This document shows positions 15,855 to 25,600 of a DNA stretch of 50,888 nt, in pieces. A program made the translations under genes and the position numbers. Origin of the DNA: a virus. Lineage: Duplodnaviria; Caudoviricetes. The notes beneath the pieces were generated by a model, which saw only the letters and a list, made by a program, of their open reading frames with translations, was not told the DNA's origin and did no database searches. The stretch's first letter is position 1, and every line of letters starts with the position of its first letter. The stretch spans positions 1-50,888 of the IMG/VR virus record IMGVR_UViG_3300050343_000151; one strand, given 5' to 3'.

Positions 15855-16805
15855 ATGTTGCGAAAAAATTTAACTAATATTATAGAAAAAGCTAAAGTGA
15901 GCAAACCTACAGATATATCTACAGAGTCAAACGCAGGTATAGGATCATATTTTGACAAAGAGGGTAAGTATGTACAGCGCAGACCCGAAGATAATTTCTA
16001 TTTTATTATTGACAGAATTCAGACTAAGCACGGTTTAAAGTTAAACGATGTTGCTACTAAAACAGGCGTTAGTGTTAAGACTTTATACAATATCCAAAAA
16101 GAATATAGAGAACCTGGTGAAGGTCACACTACTACTATTGGTGTGATTAATAAGGTATTTGCTGCTTACCCTAAATTTAAAAAAGAGTGGGAAGAATTTA
16201 AGGCAATTATGCCAATTGATAAAAAAGAGGATGTGGTTACAAATCTTACTTTTGATAAAGATATGTATGCAACTATTCCAGTGTTGGGTAATTGGTATTC
16301 ACAATTTGATGACTGTTCTATTTCTTCATTAGAACCGCAGCAAACGCCACAAATGCTATTTCCTAAATTCGTTTTAGGGGTAGGTGGTTATCAAGACGGA
16401 CAGTCTTTAAAGGGTTGGTATGCTTTAAACTCACAATCTCCCACTTATAGTGGTGTTAGTATTATGGCTGAAATTGGTGATGTTATTCCTGGCACTAAAA
16501 TATACAGAGCTTCATTGAATAATTGGTCAATCATTAAATTTAAAGATCAAAAAAGATATTTTAAAGGTTTAATTTATGCGTGTTTAGTACCTTCTAAAAG
16601 TGGTTTTGTTAATTTACATTTATCATATAGTAACTATGAAGCTGAAGGTAAATCACCAACTAAAGTTATTAACGATATACCAATGTCAGATATTGAATAC
16701 ACAATTCCTTTTGTCTTAACAGTAAGTCAAGTCACAGTCGGCTTATGGCAAAGCAGAATCCAAAACCAAAAAATAAACAACAATGACGAAAAGATTAAAG
16801 AATAA
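15855..16805 (+). CDS. XRE-type HTH repressor-like protein
   Basis: LNDVATKTGVSVKTLYNIQ HTH; IPVLG motif opening the C-terminal domain; divergent from the lytic operon. Confidence 0.7.
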   Translation: MLRKNLTNIIEKAKVSKPTDISTESNAGIGSYFDKEGKYVQRRPEDNFYFIIDRIQTKHGLKLNDVATKTGVSVKTLYNIQKEYREPGEGHTTTIGVINKVFAAYPKFKKEWEEFKAIMPIDKKEDVVTNLTFDKDMYATIPVLGNWYSQFDDCSISSLEPQQTPQMLFPKFVLGVGGYQDGQSLKGWYALNSQSPTYSGVSIMAEIGDVIPGTKIYRASLNNWSIIKFKDQKRYFKGLIYACLVPSKSGFVNLHLSYSNYEAEGKSPTKVINDIPMSDIEYTIPFVLTVSQVTVGLWQSRIQNQKINNNDEKIKE

Positions 16806-17022
16806 AAAAGAGATTGCTACATATTTAGGATTAAGTTATCCCAATTTTTTGGCCAAAGAACACCGTTTACAGGCTGTTGGCTTCCCTAAATTAGAGCTGG
16901 TTGTTAACCGTTACGACATAAAAAAAGTCGATGCTTGGCTAGACAATGACACAATTCAGCGGGATAGTGGCTTAAAAAAACATTATGAAAGTAAACTATC
17001 CCTACTTAAAAATAATCACTAG
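16783..17022 (+). CDS. Putative excisionase (AlpA/Xis-like wHTH)
   Basis: KKEIATYLGLS...GFPK...RYDIKKVDAWLD; overlaps the integrase start. Confidence 0.7.
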   Translation: MTKRLKNKKEIATYLGLSYPNFLAKEHRLQAVGFPKLELVVNRYDIKKVDAWLDNDTIQRDSGLKKHYESKLSLLKNNH

Positions 17023-18025
17023 ACGATCTCGTTCTAAAAAATCTAAAAAAATAATTAAAAAATACTATTACTATTTTCGTAATAAAAAATTACATAAAAT
17101 AAATGTATCACCAGACCATCCACAATTTCATAAAATGTATACCGCAATTGATAGCAGCTTCGATGGTGCTACAACTCATGGTACTATTGAGTGGGCTTGT
17201 GATTGGTATCTAAAATCAAAACATCATAAGTCTCTTAGTGATTTTTCACAACGAGATGATAAAAAATTTTGTAAGGCTTTAAAGGAAGTGATAGGTGATT
17301 ATAAATTAAATTTAATTACCGCTATAGATGTTAGAGATTTTAAAGATGACTATGCTGAAGTTAAATCTAACGATGCAGCTAATAAGATTTTAAGTTTTAT
17401 GCGTAAACTTTTTAATCAAGCTGAACTAAGAGAGTTGCAACCAATTAATCCGTTTGCGAAATACGGCAAGTTAGCAACACTACCTAGGGATCAAAGGTGG
17501 GAAGATGATGAAATAGCTTTAGTGCATAAACATAAGGATGACTTGCATCCAAATAACTATTTAGTTTTTTTAATGGGATTGTATACGCTCCAAAGAATTG
17601 GAGACATTTTAGACCTAGATCGAGATCAATATGATGGTAAGAAAATATCTTTACAACAAGCAAAGACCTTGAAGAAATCAAGGAAATTGGTGGGTTTTCC
17701 AGTACATAAAGATTTAAAAATTGTACTTGATAAAAGTTTACAAGGACACAATCATCATAAACTGTTACAACAAAATTCGTACTGGAGTTTTAGAAAAGAT
17801 TTTGATAACTTCAGACGCAAACATAATTTGTCGCAAAAAAGATTTCATGATTTACGCAGAACAGGAATGGTTAAAATGGCTGAGTTGGGAGTAAATGATA
17901 TTATGATCTCGGCTGTATCTGGTCATAGTCTTGAGTCTACTAAAAGAATACTTGAAACTTACTTGCCGAGAAATTATAAAATGGCAAAGAAAGCAATGGA
18001 TACTTGGGAAAGTGGAAACCCCTAA
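16985..18025 (+). CDS. int: Tyrosine integrase
   Basis: Catalytic set: LQRIGD (R), QAKT (K), FHDLRRT (HxxR), SGHS (H), TYLP (Y). Confidence 0.95.
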   Translation: MKVNYPYLKIITRRSRSKKSKKIIKKYYYYFRNKKLHKINVSPDHPQFHKMYTAIDSSFDGATTHGTIEWACDWYLKSKHHKSLSDFSQRDDKKFCKALKEVIGDYKLNLITAIDVRDFKDDYAEVKSNDAANKILSFMRKLFNQAELRELQPINPFAKYGKLATLPRDQRWEDDEIALVHKHKDDLHPNNYLVFLMGLYTLQRIGDILDLDRDQYDGKKISLQQAKTLKKSRKLVGFPVHKDLKIVLDKSLQGHNHHKLLQQNSYWSFRKDFDNFRRKHNLSQKRFHDLRRTGMVKMAELGVNDIMISAVSGHSLESTKRILETYLPRNYKMAKKAMDTWESGNP

Positions 18026-18214
18026 CGCAAAAGTGGAAACCCCTAATTAATTTTTCGCAGTTTTCTAGTACGGCTCGATAGCTCAGTTGGTAGAGCAAAG
18101 GACTGAAAATCCTCTGGTTTATGCCCTAAGTCATTGATTTCATTGGATGGGGTTTCCACTTTGGAGTAAAAAAAACTCTATATAAATCAAGAAAAATAAA
18201 ATTAATTGGAAACC
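18009..18214 (+). mobile_element. attP site with arm-type repeats and IHF-like site
   Basis: AAAGTGGAAACCCCTAA at 18009-18025 and 18030-18046; inverted copy 18149-18162; partial copy 18206-18214; TAAGTCATTGATT 18127-18139; these flank a tRNA fragment. Confidence 0.88.
18072..18113 (+). tRNA. 5' fragment of tRNA-Phe(GAA), attP core; not a complete tRNA
   Basis: GGCTCGA-TA-GCTCAGTTGGTAGAGC-A-AAGGA-CTGAAAA-TCCT; anticodon GAA 18105-18107; no T-arm or 3' acceptor strand. Confidence 0.9.
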
Positions 18215-18298
18215 TTTTTTCCGTATAGTTTTGTCCAAGACCAACTATTAATCTTACCTGCGTACTTATTAATTATTTTTAATATTGTTCTCATCTAT

Positions 18299-18619
18299 TT
18301 ATCTGAGTAGTGGGTTACTTTGCTCTTCTTTAATCTCATTTAATTTGGCTTCCATGTAGGCTATGGCAGCTTCGTTGATTTTAATAAGTGCTTTCATTGC
18401 TTGTAAATCTGTTTGTAAGACTTCAAGTTCTTCGCTTAAACCATCTTTTGATTCTGCAATGCGATCATGAATTTCTGTAAGATCAATTGATTGAACTTTC
18501 TTTTTTTCAATGACATCTAGTCTTTGGTTAAATGTACCCCAGGTATAAAAGCCACCTCCGATTGCTGAAACCAATGCTATAAGCATTCCCACTGTTTGTA
18601 GTTTAGATATTATTTGCAT
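18299..18619 (-). CDS. Membrane-anchored coiled-coil protein
   Basis: N-terminal TM segment followed by heptad-like helix. Confidence 0.75.
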   Translation of the reverse strand: MQIISKLQTVGMLIALVSAIGGGFYTWGTFNQRLDVIEKKKVQSIDLTEIHDRIAESKDGLSEELEVLQTDLQAMKALIKINEAAIAYMEAKLNEIKEEQSNPLLR

Positions 18620-20459
18620 TTTTTAACTCCATTAATTTTTTATATGCGTCTTCTGTTTTAATTTTAAGTTTTTCTTTTTTTATTTCATGAGCGGTTACAG
18701 GATCATCAACTGACAAAGAAACTTGTTGCTGATATATCTCATAATCATAACCGACTAAATCTATTTGCTTAAAGAAATCCATGTTACCGTCAGGGAAGTC
18801 TAATTGGTTCTCAAAGAAACTTTCATTAATTGCATTGTAACTAGCAAGACTTACTTCTTGTTGAATAATATCTCGGCTTAAAATTTCACTGACTACTGAC
18901 AATGTTACTTCAACTTTTTGTCGTACATTAGTTATCTTATCGGCAATGGCTTTTTCAATTTGCACAACTTTAGTATCTTCTAGCTCAACTACTTCTTCTT
19001 CGACTGATTCGTCAGCGACTTCTGGCTGTTCGACTGGCTCTTCAACGTCTGCTGTCTCTTGCGGTTGCTCTGCGATAGGCTCCTCTGTAATGGGTGATTC
19101 ATTCTCAATGGCATTTTCTTCAACTACCTCTTCGCTGATAACTTCTTCTTGGTAGGTTTCTTGGATTGGCGTTTCTTCTTGATAGGTTTCTTCATCGGTG
19201 CTTGTGGAAAGAATAGGTTCTTCAACCATTGCAATCTCTTCATTAGAATTTGTTTCAACATAATTATCCTCACTATAGTTGGTTGGTTCATCGATTGGTC
19301 CTGTTGAGACATCATCTTGATTATTAAGTGTAGGCTCATAGGTTTCAATAAATTCTTCTTGATTAAACTCTTCTTCTTGATATGGATCGGTGTCATTATT
19401 TAAAGTTATTAAAGACAACTCATTTTCATTGTCTAGTGACACACTAGTTTCAAACTCTATTTCAAGTTCAAGATTTTCTTCAACTGTAATATTGTTTGGT
19501 TCAAAGTTAATTTCTTCAGCATCGAAGTACTCAACGTCAAAATAATCGTCAGATATAAGTACAGTTGCTTCATCATAATTAAAATTATCTTCTTCATATG
19601 TGTAAAGATCTTCTTCATACTCATATTCAAAATAAGTAATGTCAGTATTAGGAATATTAAAAATTTCTGTTTCTTCGTTGGGGTCATAAATATCTATCCA
19701 TTCCTCTACATCTATGCTTTCAATCAATTCTCCCGCTGCTACAATTTCATCGTTACCGGGACATGCGTTAGGTATCTTTTCATAACAGTAAACTGTATCT
19801 ACAGAGACCGTGTTTGTGTAAGTATTGTAACTCACATTTAACGAAGGCGATTTCAAATCAACGCCAGCATGGCCTCCGTTGTAATTAATTTTAGTATCAT
19901 CTAAAATATCAAAATCAAACCGAGCGGTTAGAGTTCCATGTTGAATATCTGCACTAGGGTTTACAATCAAAGTATTTTGATAAGGATAAAACTGATAGTT
20001 ATGATTAGTAGTATCTTCTAGAAGTAAAATTTGTGTTGTACTATCACCATTAGATGTTGTTGCAATTTGTGTCATGGTAAAAGTTGATGGCACTGAGTTC
20101 CACCATCGAGCTTGAACACCAAACACACTAGTAAAACCACCTTGAAGTTCTTGTAAAGTAAAGTAATCTTGTGAGCTAAGTGTAGTTTGTGCATACGTTC
20201 CATCTTTACCTGTCAGATAAAGAGACTCATTACTTAAATCACTTGAGTCTGGAAACATAGTTCCAACCCAAGATCCATCAATCCAATTTTCACTAATAAG
20301 ATTAGAAGTAGTTACAGATGTACCATGCGCGTGATAAGTAGTTGTCGTGGTGTCCCCTATAGATGGCCAGTCTTCTTGTATCTCAACTAAATCGGCTAAA
20401 CTATTGGTTACCCAACTTAACAACACCACCAGAGTGGCTAATGACGTTAGTAGTTTCAT
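18603..20459 (-). CDS. Large acidic exported protein
   Basis: Signal-peptide-like MKLLTSLATLVVLLSWVTNSLA; beta-rich N-domain; long Glu/Pro-rich linker. Confidence 0.75.
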   Translation of the reverse strand: MKLLTSLATLVVLLSWVTNSLADLVEIQEDWPSIGDTTTTTYHAHGTSVTTSNLISENWIDGSWVGTMFPDSSDLSNESLYLTGKDGTYAQTTLSSQDYFTLQELQGGFTSVFGVQARWWNSVPSTFTMTQIATTSNGDSTTQILLLEDTTNHNYQFYPYQNTLIVNPSADIQHGTLTARFDFDILDDTKINYNGGHAGVDLKSPSLNVSYNTYTNTVSVDTVYCYEKIPNACPGNDEIVAAGELIESIDVEEWIDIYDPNEETEIFNIPNTDITYFEYEYEEDLYTYEEDNFNYDEATVLISDDYFDVEYFDAEEINFEPNNITVEENLELEIEFETSVSLDNENELSLITLNNDTDPYQEEEFNQEEFIETYEPTLNNQDDVSTGPIDEPTNYSEDNYVETNSNEEIAMVEEPILSTSTDEETYQEETPIQETYQEEVISEEVVEENAIENESPITEEPIAEQPQETADVEEPVEQPEVADESVEEEVVELEDTKVVQIEKAIADKITNVRQKVEVTLSVVSEILSRDIIQQEVSLASYNAINESFFENQLDFPDGNMDFFKQIDLVGYDYEIYQQQVSLSVDDPVTAHEIKKEKLKIKTEDAYKKLMELKNANNI

Positions 20460-21120
20460 CTTTATTTTCCTCTTGCTCAATTTTTTTATCAACTGAATCT
20501 ATGTAACGAAGGTCTTTAGTATAAGTCTCATAGTCAGGTCGTAACTTAGGATACTTTTGATAATGCTCTTCGGCCTGACTTCCAATCAAACCCATGTAAG
20601 GACAATGAGTTGAGGCATGAGCCATAGAAAGAAAAATTCTTTCATCAGTACATAGCAACGCCAAACTTGCAACTTTCATACCCATTAAGTGTAAAGTTTT
20701 AGCAAGTAAAACTAACTCACACGTTAAATCTCTTTGATGACTTGCAACTGAAACACCAAGACCAAATTTTTGAATACCACCAGACACTGATGATGTACAA
20801 ACCATTTGATTCATGTTGCCGATTGCCGCTGCATTGGCACTAGGTACGACTCTTGTGTCGCCTGTAAAACTGTTATTAGTACTATTAGTAGTGTTAGTAG
20901 TCGTGGTGTTAGAAGATGAACCAGATTGATAATTAGTGGTACTATCTGTTTCTGTATGCATTCCGCCTGTTATGGCAGTATTTGTTCCTGAACTATTAGT
21001 TTGTGTATTAGTTGTTGCTTCTGCACCAGTAACGTCTGCCATTGCTTGATCCATTAACCAACCAAAAACAAACAATACTAATGTGATAATAATTACCATT
21101 GTTAATATATTCTTTATCAT
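20401..21120 (-). CDS. Exported/membrane protein with Thr/Ser-rich N-terminus and Cys-containing domain
   Basis: Hydrophobic leader ending AMA; four Cys in the C-terminal domain. Confidence 0.75.
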   Translation of the reverse strand: MIKNILTMVIIITLVLFVFGWLMDQAMADVTGAEATTNTQTNSSGTNTAITGGMHTETDSTTNYQSGSSSNTTTTNTTNSTNNSFTGDTRVVPSANAAAIGNMNQMVCTSSVSGGIQKFGLGVSVASHQRDLTCELVLLAKTLHLMGMKVASLALLCTDERIFLSMAHASTHCPYMGLIGSQAEEHYQKYPKLRPDYETYTKDLRYIDSVDKKIEQEENKDETTNVISHSGGVVKLGNQ

Positions 21121-21314
21121 CTTCTTGCTGCCCTTCGATATTTTTTTTGTTGTTTACAACACTCACCACGCTGATTTTTATTTACAGTATGGTTAGTGCA
21201 AGTTCGTGAGTGATCAGTCATTCGTTCTTGATTCTCTTTTAAAAAATCAACTAACTGAGTAAAAGTTTTTACTTTGCCTGTGGAGGGGTGAGAGTAATTA
21301 GACTTCTTCGCCAT
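21117..21314 (-). CDS. Hypothetical basic protein
   Basis: MAKKSNY... start; overlaps both neighbours. Confidence 0.6.
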   Translation of the reverse strand: MAKKSNYSHPSTGKVKTFTQLVDFLKENQERMTDHSRTCTNHTVNKNQRGECCKQQKKYRRAARR

Positions 21315-21510
21315 ATCTACTTTCACAATAAAACTCAAAGCCTTGAAGCTGATCACCATATTCTATTAAAAGTGGTGCTAATAAAGTCACCTTGTTGTCT
21401 GCGATAAATTCGTGACAACTCCATGTGTCTTGAAAAGATCTTTGTAGGTACTCTCGACTGAATTGTTCACCTTCATAGAACGTCAGCATTATTGTGATTA
21501 CAAAAAACAT
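21298..21510 (-). CDS. Hypothetical protein
   Basis: TAATG coupling to the holin-like gene; two Cys. Confidence 0.65.
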   Translation of the reverse strand: MFFVITIMLTFYEGEQFSREYLQRSFQDTWSCHEFIADNKVTLLAPLLIEYGDQLQGFEFYCESRYGEEV

Positions 21511-21935
21511 TATTTTTTAACCAACGAACCGCCAAAGTATAAGCCAATAATAGCTGACACTAAGTTAGTATCTAACGGAGTTATAACTAACCCTTTGAGT
21601 GGTACCCAATTCATTACGTCTTTGCCTTCAATAAATAAAAACCCTGGTCTAAATTCTGTAAAGCCCACAACGACTGGTGTGTCTGGTGCAATCAATGGTA
21701 CGATTTTAGGTAGTACTACGATTGCAAATACAGAGACTAATGCAATAATTCTTCTGGTCCATTGGAACCCTTCATTCTCATATTCTCTTGCTTCCTTAAA
21801 AGCTGCTGTTTGTACTTCAGCTCTGGCCAATAACATTTTTTGTTCTGCTTGTTTGGCTTTAATATTTTGTGACCATATACTCATAACTCCACCTAACACG
21901 GTTGAGCCGAGCATGGTAATCATCTCGAACGGCAT
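21510..21935 (-). CDS. Holin-like membrane protein
   Basis: Three hydrophobic segments; WTRR; C-terminal IIGLYFGGS. Confidence 0.65.
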   Translation of the reverse strand: MPFEMITMLGSTVLGGVMSIWSQNIKAKQAEQKMLLARAEVQTAAFKEAREYENEGFQWTRRIIALVSVFAIVVLPKIVPLIAPDTPVVVGFTEFRPGFLFIEGKDVMNWVPLKGLVITPLDTNLVSAIIGLYFGGSLVKK

Positions 21936-21946
21936 TTTGTTTTCTC

Positions 21947-22426
21947 CTAGTTATTTTTTGAAATTAATTTGCAAAGTTTAATAAAGTCTTTTTGCTTTAA
22001 GTCATTCTTTGCAACATTCACATCGGCACATACCAACTGAACATTTTTTTTTGTGTAACCCTTGTCGCTGTTAATGCGATCAATACTCATATTGGTATTG
22101 CATTTTTTTTTTAAACCAATAATCCGGGTCATAGGCCTATGTGATAAGGCACACAAACCTTTTTGTTTTTTTAATAATTTTAATAAGAACTCAACATCAA
22201 CCGCTATCGGTATGTTACCGTGGCGATTAGATCTTTTACTGTGACTAATTTTTCTTCTTAAAAATGAAGCATCGCTTCTAGCATAACGCTCTTGCATTTG
22301 TTTTTGTTTGCAAATTTTACAAGCGTCAATGGTCGGAGTTTTCCTATGAGTATTATTAACATAAAATTCTTGTACTGCTTTTTCTTTTTTACAAATACGG
22401 CAAACGTGCCTTCTTTGATGAAGCAT
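21947..22426 (-). CDS. His-Me finger/HNH-like endonuclease with N-terminal Zn finger
   Basis: CRIC...CKIC; QKGLCALS; SIDRINSDKGYTKKNVQLVC..VN..K. Confidence 0.75.
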   Translation of the reverse strand: MLHQRRHVCRICKKEKAVQEFYVNNTHRKTPTIDACKICKQKQMQERYARSDASFLRRKISHSKRSNRHGNIPIAVDVEFLLKLLKKQKGLCALSHRPMTRIIGLKKKCNTNMSIDRINSDKGYTKKNVQLVCADVNVAKNDLKQKDFIKLCKLISKNN

Positions 22427-22455
22427 TCATAAACCAAACCGAGCGTCCAGTTTGT

Positions 22456-22692
22456 TTAAAATATCAGACCAAACATAGATTGGACTGTATCTGCAAATAT
22501 TACTGACAACATTATAGCAAATCCAACAGCTAATTTATAGAGTTGGTTAACACTTTTCTTTAATTCCTGTACCTCAATTGAGAGGTTTTCCATTTGATTG
22601 TCGCGCATAATTAATACTTCCTGTGATAGTAGTGCAACCTTCTTATCTAATTCGATGATTGCTTCTCGATTTTGTTGTGATTGGGTAGCCAT
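22456..22692 (-). CDS. Coiled-coil protein with C-terminal TM (XhlA/holin-like)
   Basis: Heptad N-terminus, hydrophobic C-terminus. Confidence 0.55.
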   Translation of the reverse strand: MATQSQQNREAIIELDKKVALLSQEVLIMRDNQMENLSIEVQELKKSVNQLYKLAVGFAIMLSVIFADTVQSMFGLIF

Positions 22693-25600
22693 TTACTTCA
22701 TATCCTTTATATATTTTAAATATTCTGGTCGTTGAGATTTTCTTAATTTCTTAACTGTGTTGATTGCCCTAGGATTTCTAAGGTTTCTAAACATTCTGCG
22801 GATGTAACCATTGTTAATAGGAATATCATCCTCTCGTGCTTCAGTTCGAATACGATTTAATTCTTCTCTAAACTTTTCAGGATCAGTTTTAGCATAACGT
22901 GTATATACATATGCCATGTCGGTATAAACTTTTTTGGTTTCACGATCTAAATTGTTATCATCAAACATTAATAGTTCATTTAAGTCAGACTCTAATGAGA
23001 ACTTAGTAGGGCGACCACCAATCATATAGTTGAATACATCAAGTCTAGATACTTTATTACTAACTACTTGCCCTGATTTGTAACCACTAGTGTAAACAAT
23101 ATTAGATGGACTGGCTAAGTTCTTCATAACTGTTTCAGCATACAATTGTAACGTACTCATATCGGTTGTCGCTAATACTGCCAAGTCTTGACCGCCTGCT
23201 AACATCTCAATACCTTTTAGTGGTTTACCAATACCACTTGTAATGTTAACTGTTTGATCACCAAAAGTAGCACCAGCTTCTTGTAGTTTACGAGCGTTAA
23301 TTAAAGTAGATATAAACGGACCTTTAAATTGATCCATTAAGTTATCACCGATACTCAAACGATCATTGTAAGGAATAAATCTATTACCTAAACCAACCCT
23401 AGATGATATATCTTGGCCAACTAAAGTAGGTAAACCTTTAACAAAAAGATCACCCATCATACCAGTGGCTTCACCGTTAGCATGAGCATCTAAATTAGTA
23501 CGCATTAAAAATTTAACTGGTGAATATTCATCACCGAATAAGGATCTGATTAACCAATCAAGTGCTTGTAAACCAGGTAAGCCTAATGCTCCCGCTAGTA
23601 TATAAATGTGTAGTAATTGTTTTAACATTACCTTACGCATCTCTTTAATTCTAGCGACTGCTTCTTCGGCAGTCTCAATAGTGCCATCGTCTTTTTCTAA
23701 ACGAGTTTTTGGATTAAATGGATTGAGTTCAGCATCTTTCCATATACCTAAAGTAAATGCAGTTTGTTTGAATAAGAAGTTTTTAAATTGAGTTCCAACT
23801 TTTAAACCTTTTATTCTTAAAATTTTTGATGTATCAGATTTGTCATAGAAGAACTGTGTATCGTTCCACGCTTTTTGGCCATCAAATCTAGCTTGTTTTT
23901 CTGTCTTGCCGTTGTTGGTAGCTCTAGTATGTCCTGCCGTATAAGCCATCATACGGTTAAAGACTTCTGCTTTTTGAAATAAGAACATAGAGTACTTAGC
24001 AATAGTGCCACGATCTAAATTCATTTCAGTACCATCAGTAAATAGACCTTGGTCTACATCTACACCACCTTCATCAAATCTTTGATCCCACATAGTAGTA
24101 AACTCAGTGTCAGTACCAGTCATTTTACCACGAGTATAACGTGAAAGAATTCCATACGATTGTACTATTTCGCTGTAACTATAAAGTGCTGAAGTATTAA
24201 TAACAGTTTGCGATAAGTTAACAATCGGTGATAGTAAGTTCATAAACATACCTAATTTAGTATGTGCTGAGATACCTAAAATTGCTTGTATAGTAGGATC
24301 AAAAACTTTAGTTGATCCATCTTCGGATACTATACCTGCGTCTGAAGAGGCTTTTACTCTGCCGTAGACCATCATTCCTAACGGTACACCTATAATTAAA
24401 CCAATAACAGGAGCGCCAAAAATACCTACGACACCTGCAGCTCCTAATCCTGTCATACCAGAATAAAGTGTTGCTCGATCTAAGCCTTTAACTTTACCTT
24501 TAGTTAAGGTGTCAATACTATTATCAACTGTATTAAAAAATGAATCAAATACACTATCAAATGTATTTTCGAAACCGCCTTCAACATTACTAATGTCATT
24601 GATAAAGTTTCTAAATTCGTCTTTCATTAAGTTATCAACTGATGAATACTTTCCATCGTCTAATGCTTGTTGTATTTCATTAGCGTCATATTTCATTTCA
24701 TCTAATATTAAGAAACGCATGACGTTTTGAATATGTGAACCTAATATCTTTTGAGTGTCAGTTGAGTAACCTTCAGCACCTAATCGTTCTTTTTCAAATG
24801 AAGCGGTAACTCTTCTATCACCCATTTTAACATTTAAGTCTCTATTAATTTGAGCTAATGATTGTCTACCTGTTCTAACATCTTCTAATTGATCCGCAGT
24901 TAAAGATACTGCTAACTTTTCAATTGTTTTATCATTAAGTATAGTTGCACTGACAGCACTGTCAGCCCAAGTTGTTCCTCTATTTACAACAACAATTTTA
25001 TCGTCTTTATACTTAGGGTTAGCTTCAATAAAATTTTCCGCTGCTTGTCTTGCTTGAGCGTCTGTATCAAAATAACCTTGCTCACTAAATATGTTTTTAA
25101 CTTTACCGTCCGCGCTAACAATTCTAACACTATGACTACCAAACCATATATGAGGCAGATAACCATCATTAGTTTTAATATCAAACTCAGGTTTTATTCT
25201 AGAGTTCTCAATATCAATCATTACAATTTGACGATTTAATTCTAATTGATATGGGTTACTATTTTTGTAACCTCTCTTATAACCAATCTCTTTTTCAATT
25301 TCTCTAATACGATCGTTTAGTCTATTAATATTTTCTTCTCTAAGTTTAGCTTTCTCAGCGTTTCTTAATTTAGGAGTACGATAAACTCTTTTAAGTTCAT
25401 TATATATTTCTTCACGTTCCTTTAAAGATTCAATAATATCAATCTCGGCTCTTTCTGCTTCAAAATCAGCTTTAGCTTTAGCTATAGCTATTTCTTGAGC
25501 TGCTTTCACTGCATCACTTTCCATGATTAATTTTTCTAATTGTTTGCCGTTTGGGTTATTAACTTCTGGAAAATCTTTTTTAGTAAACTTCATTGACCAA

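Noticed and set aside
18009-18046. Mini-CRISPR from the 17-bp direct repeats
   Set aside because: Only 4 nt between copies and an inverted copy across the tRNA core; fits integrase arm sites.
18072-18150. Functional phage-encoded tRNA-Phe
   Set aside because: Similarity stops after the anticodon arm; no TTCGA T-loop or 3' acceptor strand follows.
21463-21981. 172-aa + strand ORF and other antisense ORFs in the track (e.g. 6819, 33083, 42486, 48760)
   Set aside because: Shadow frames opposite well-supported genes; no recognisable motifs.
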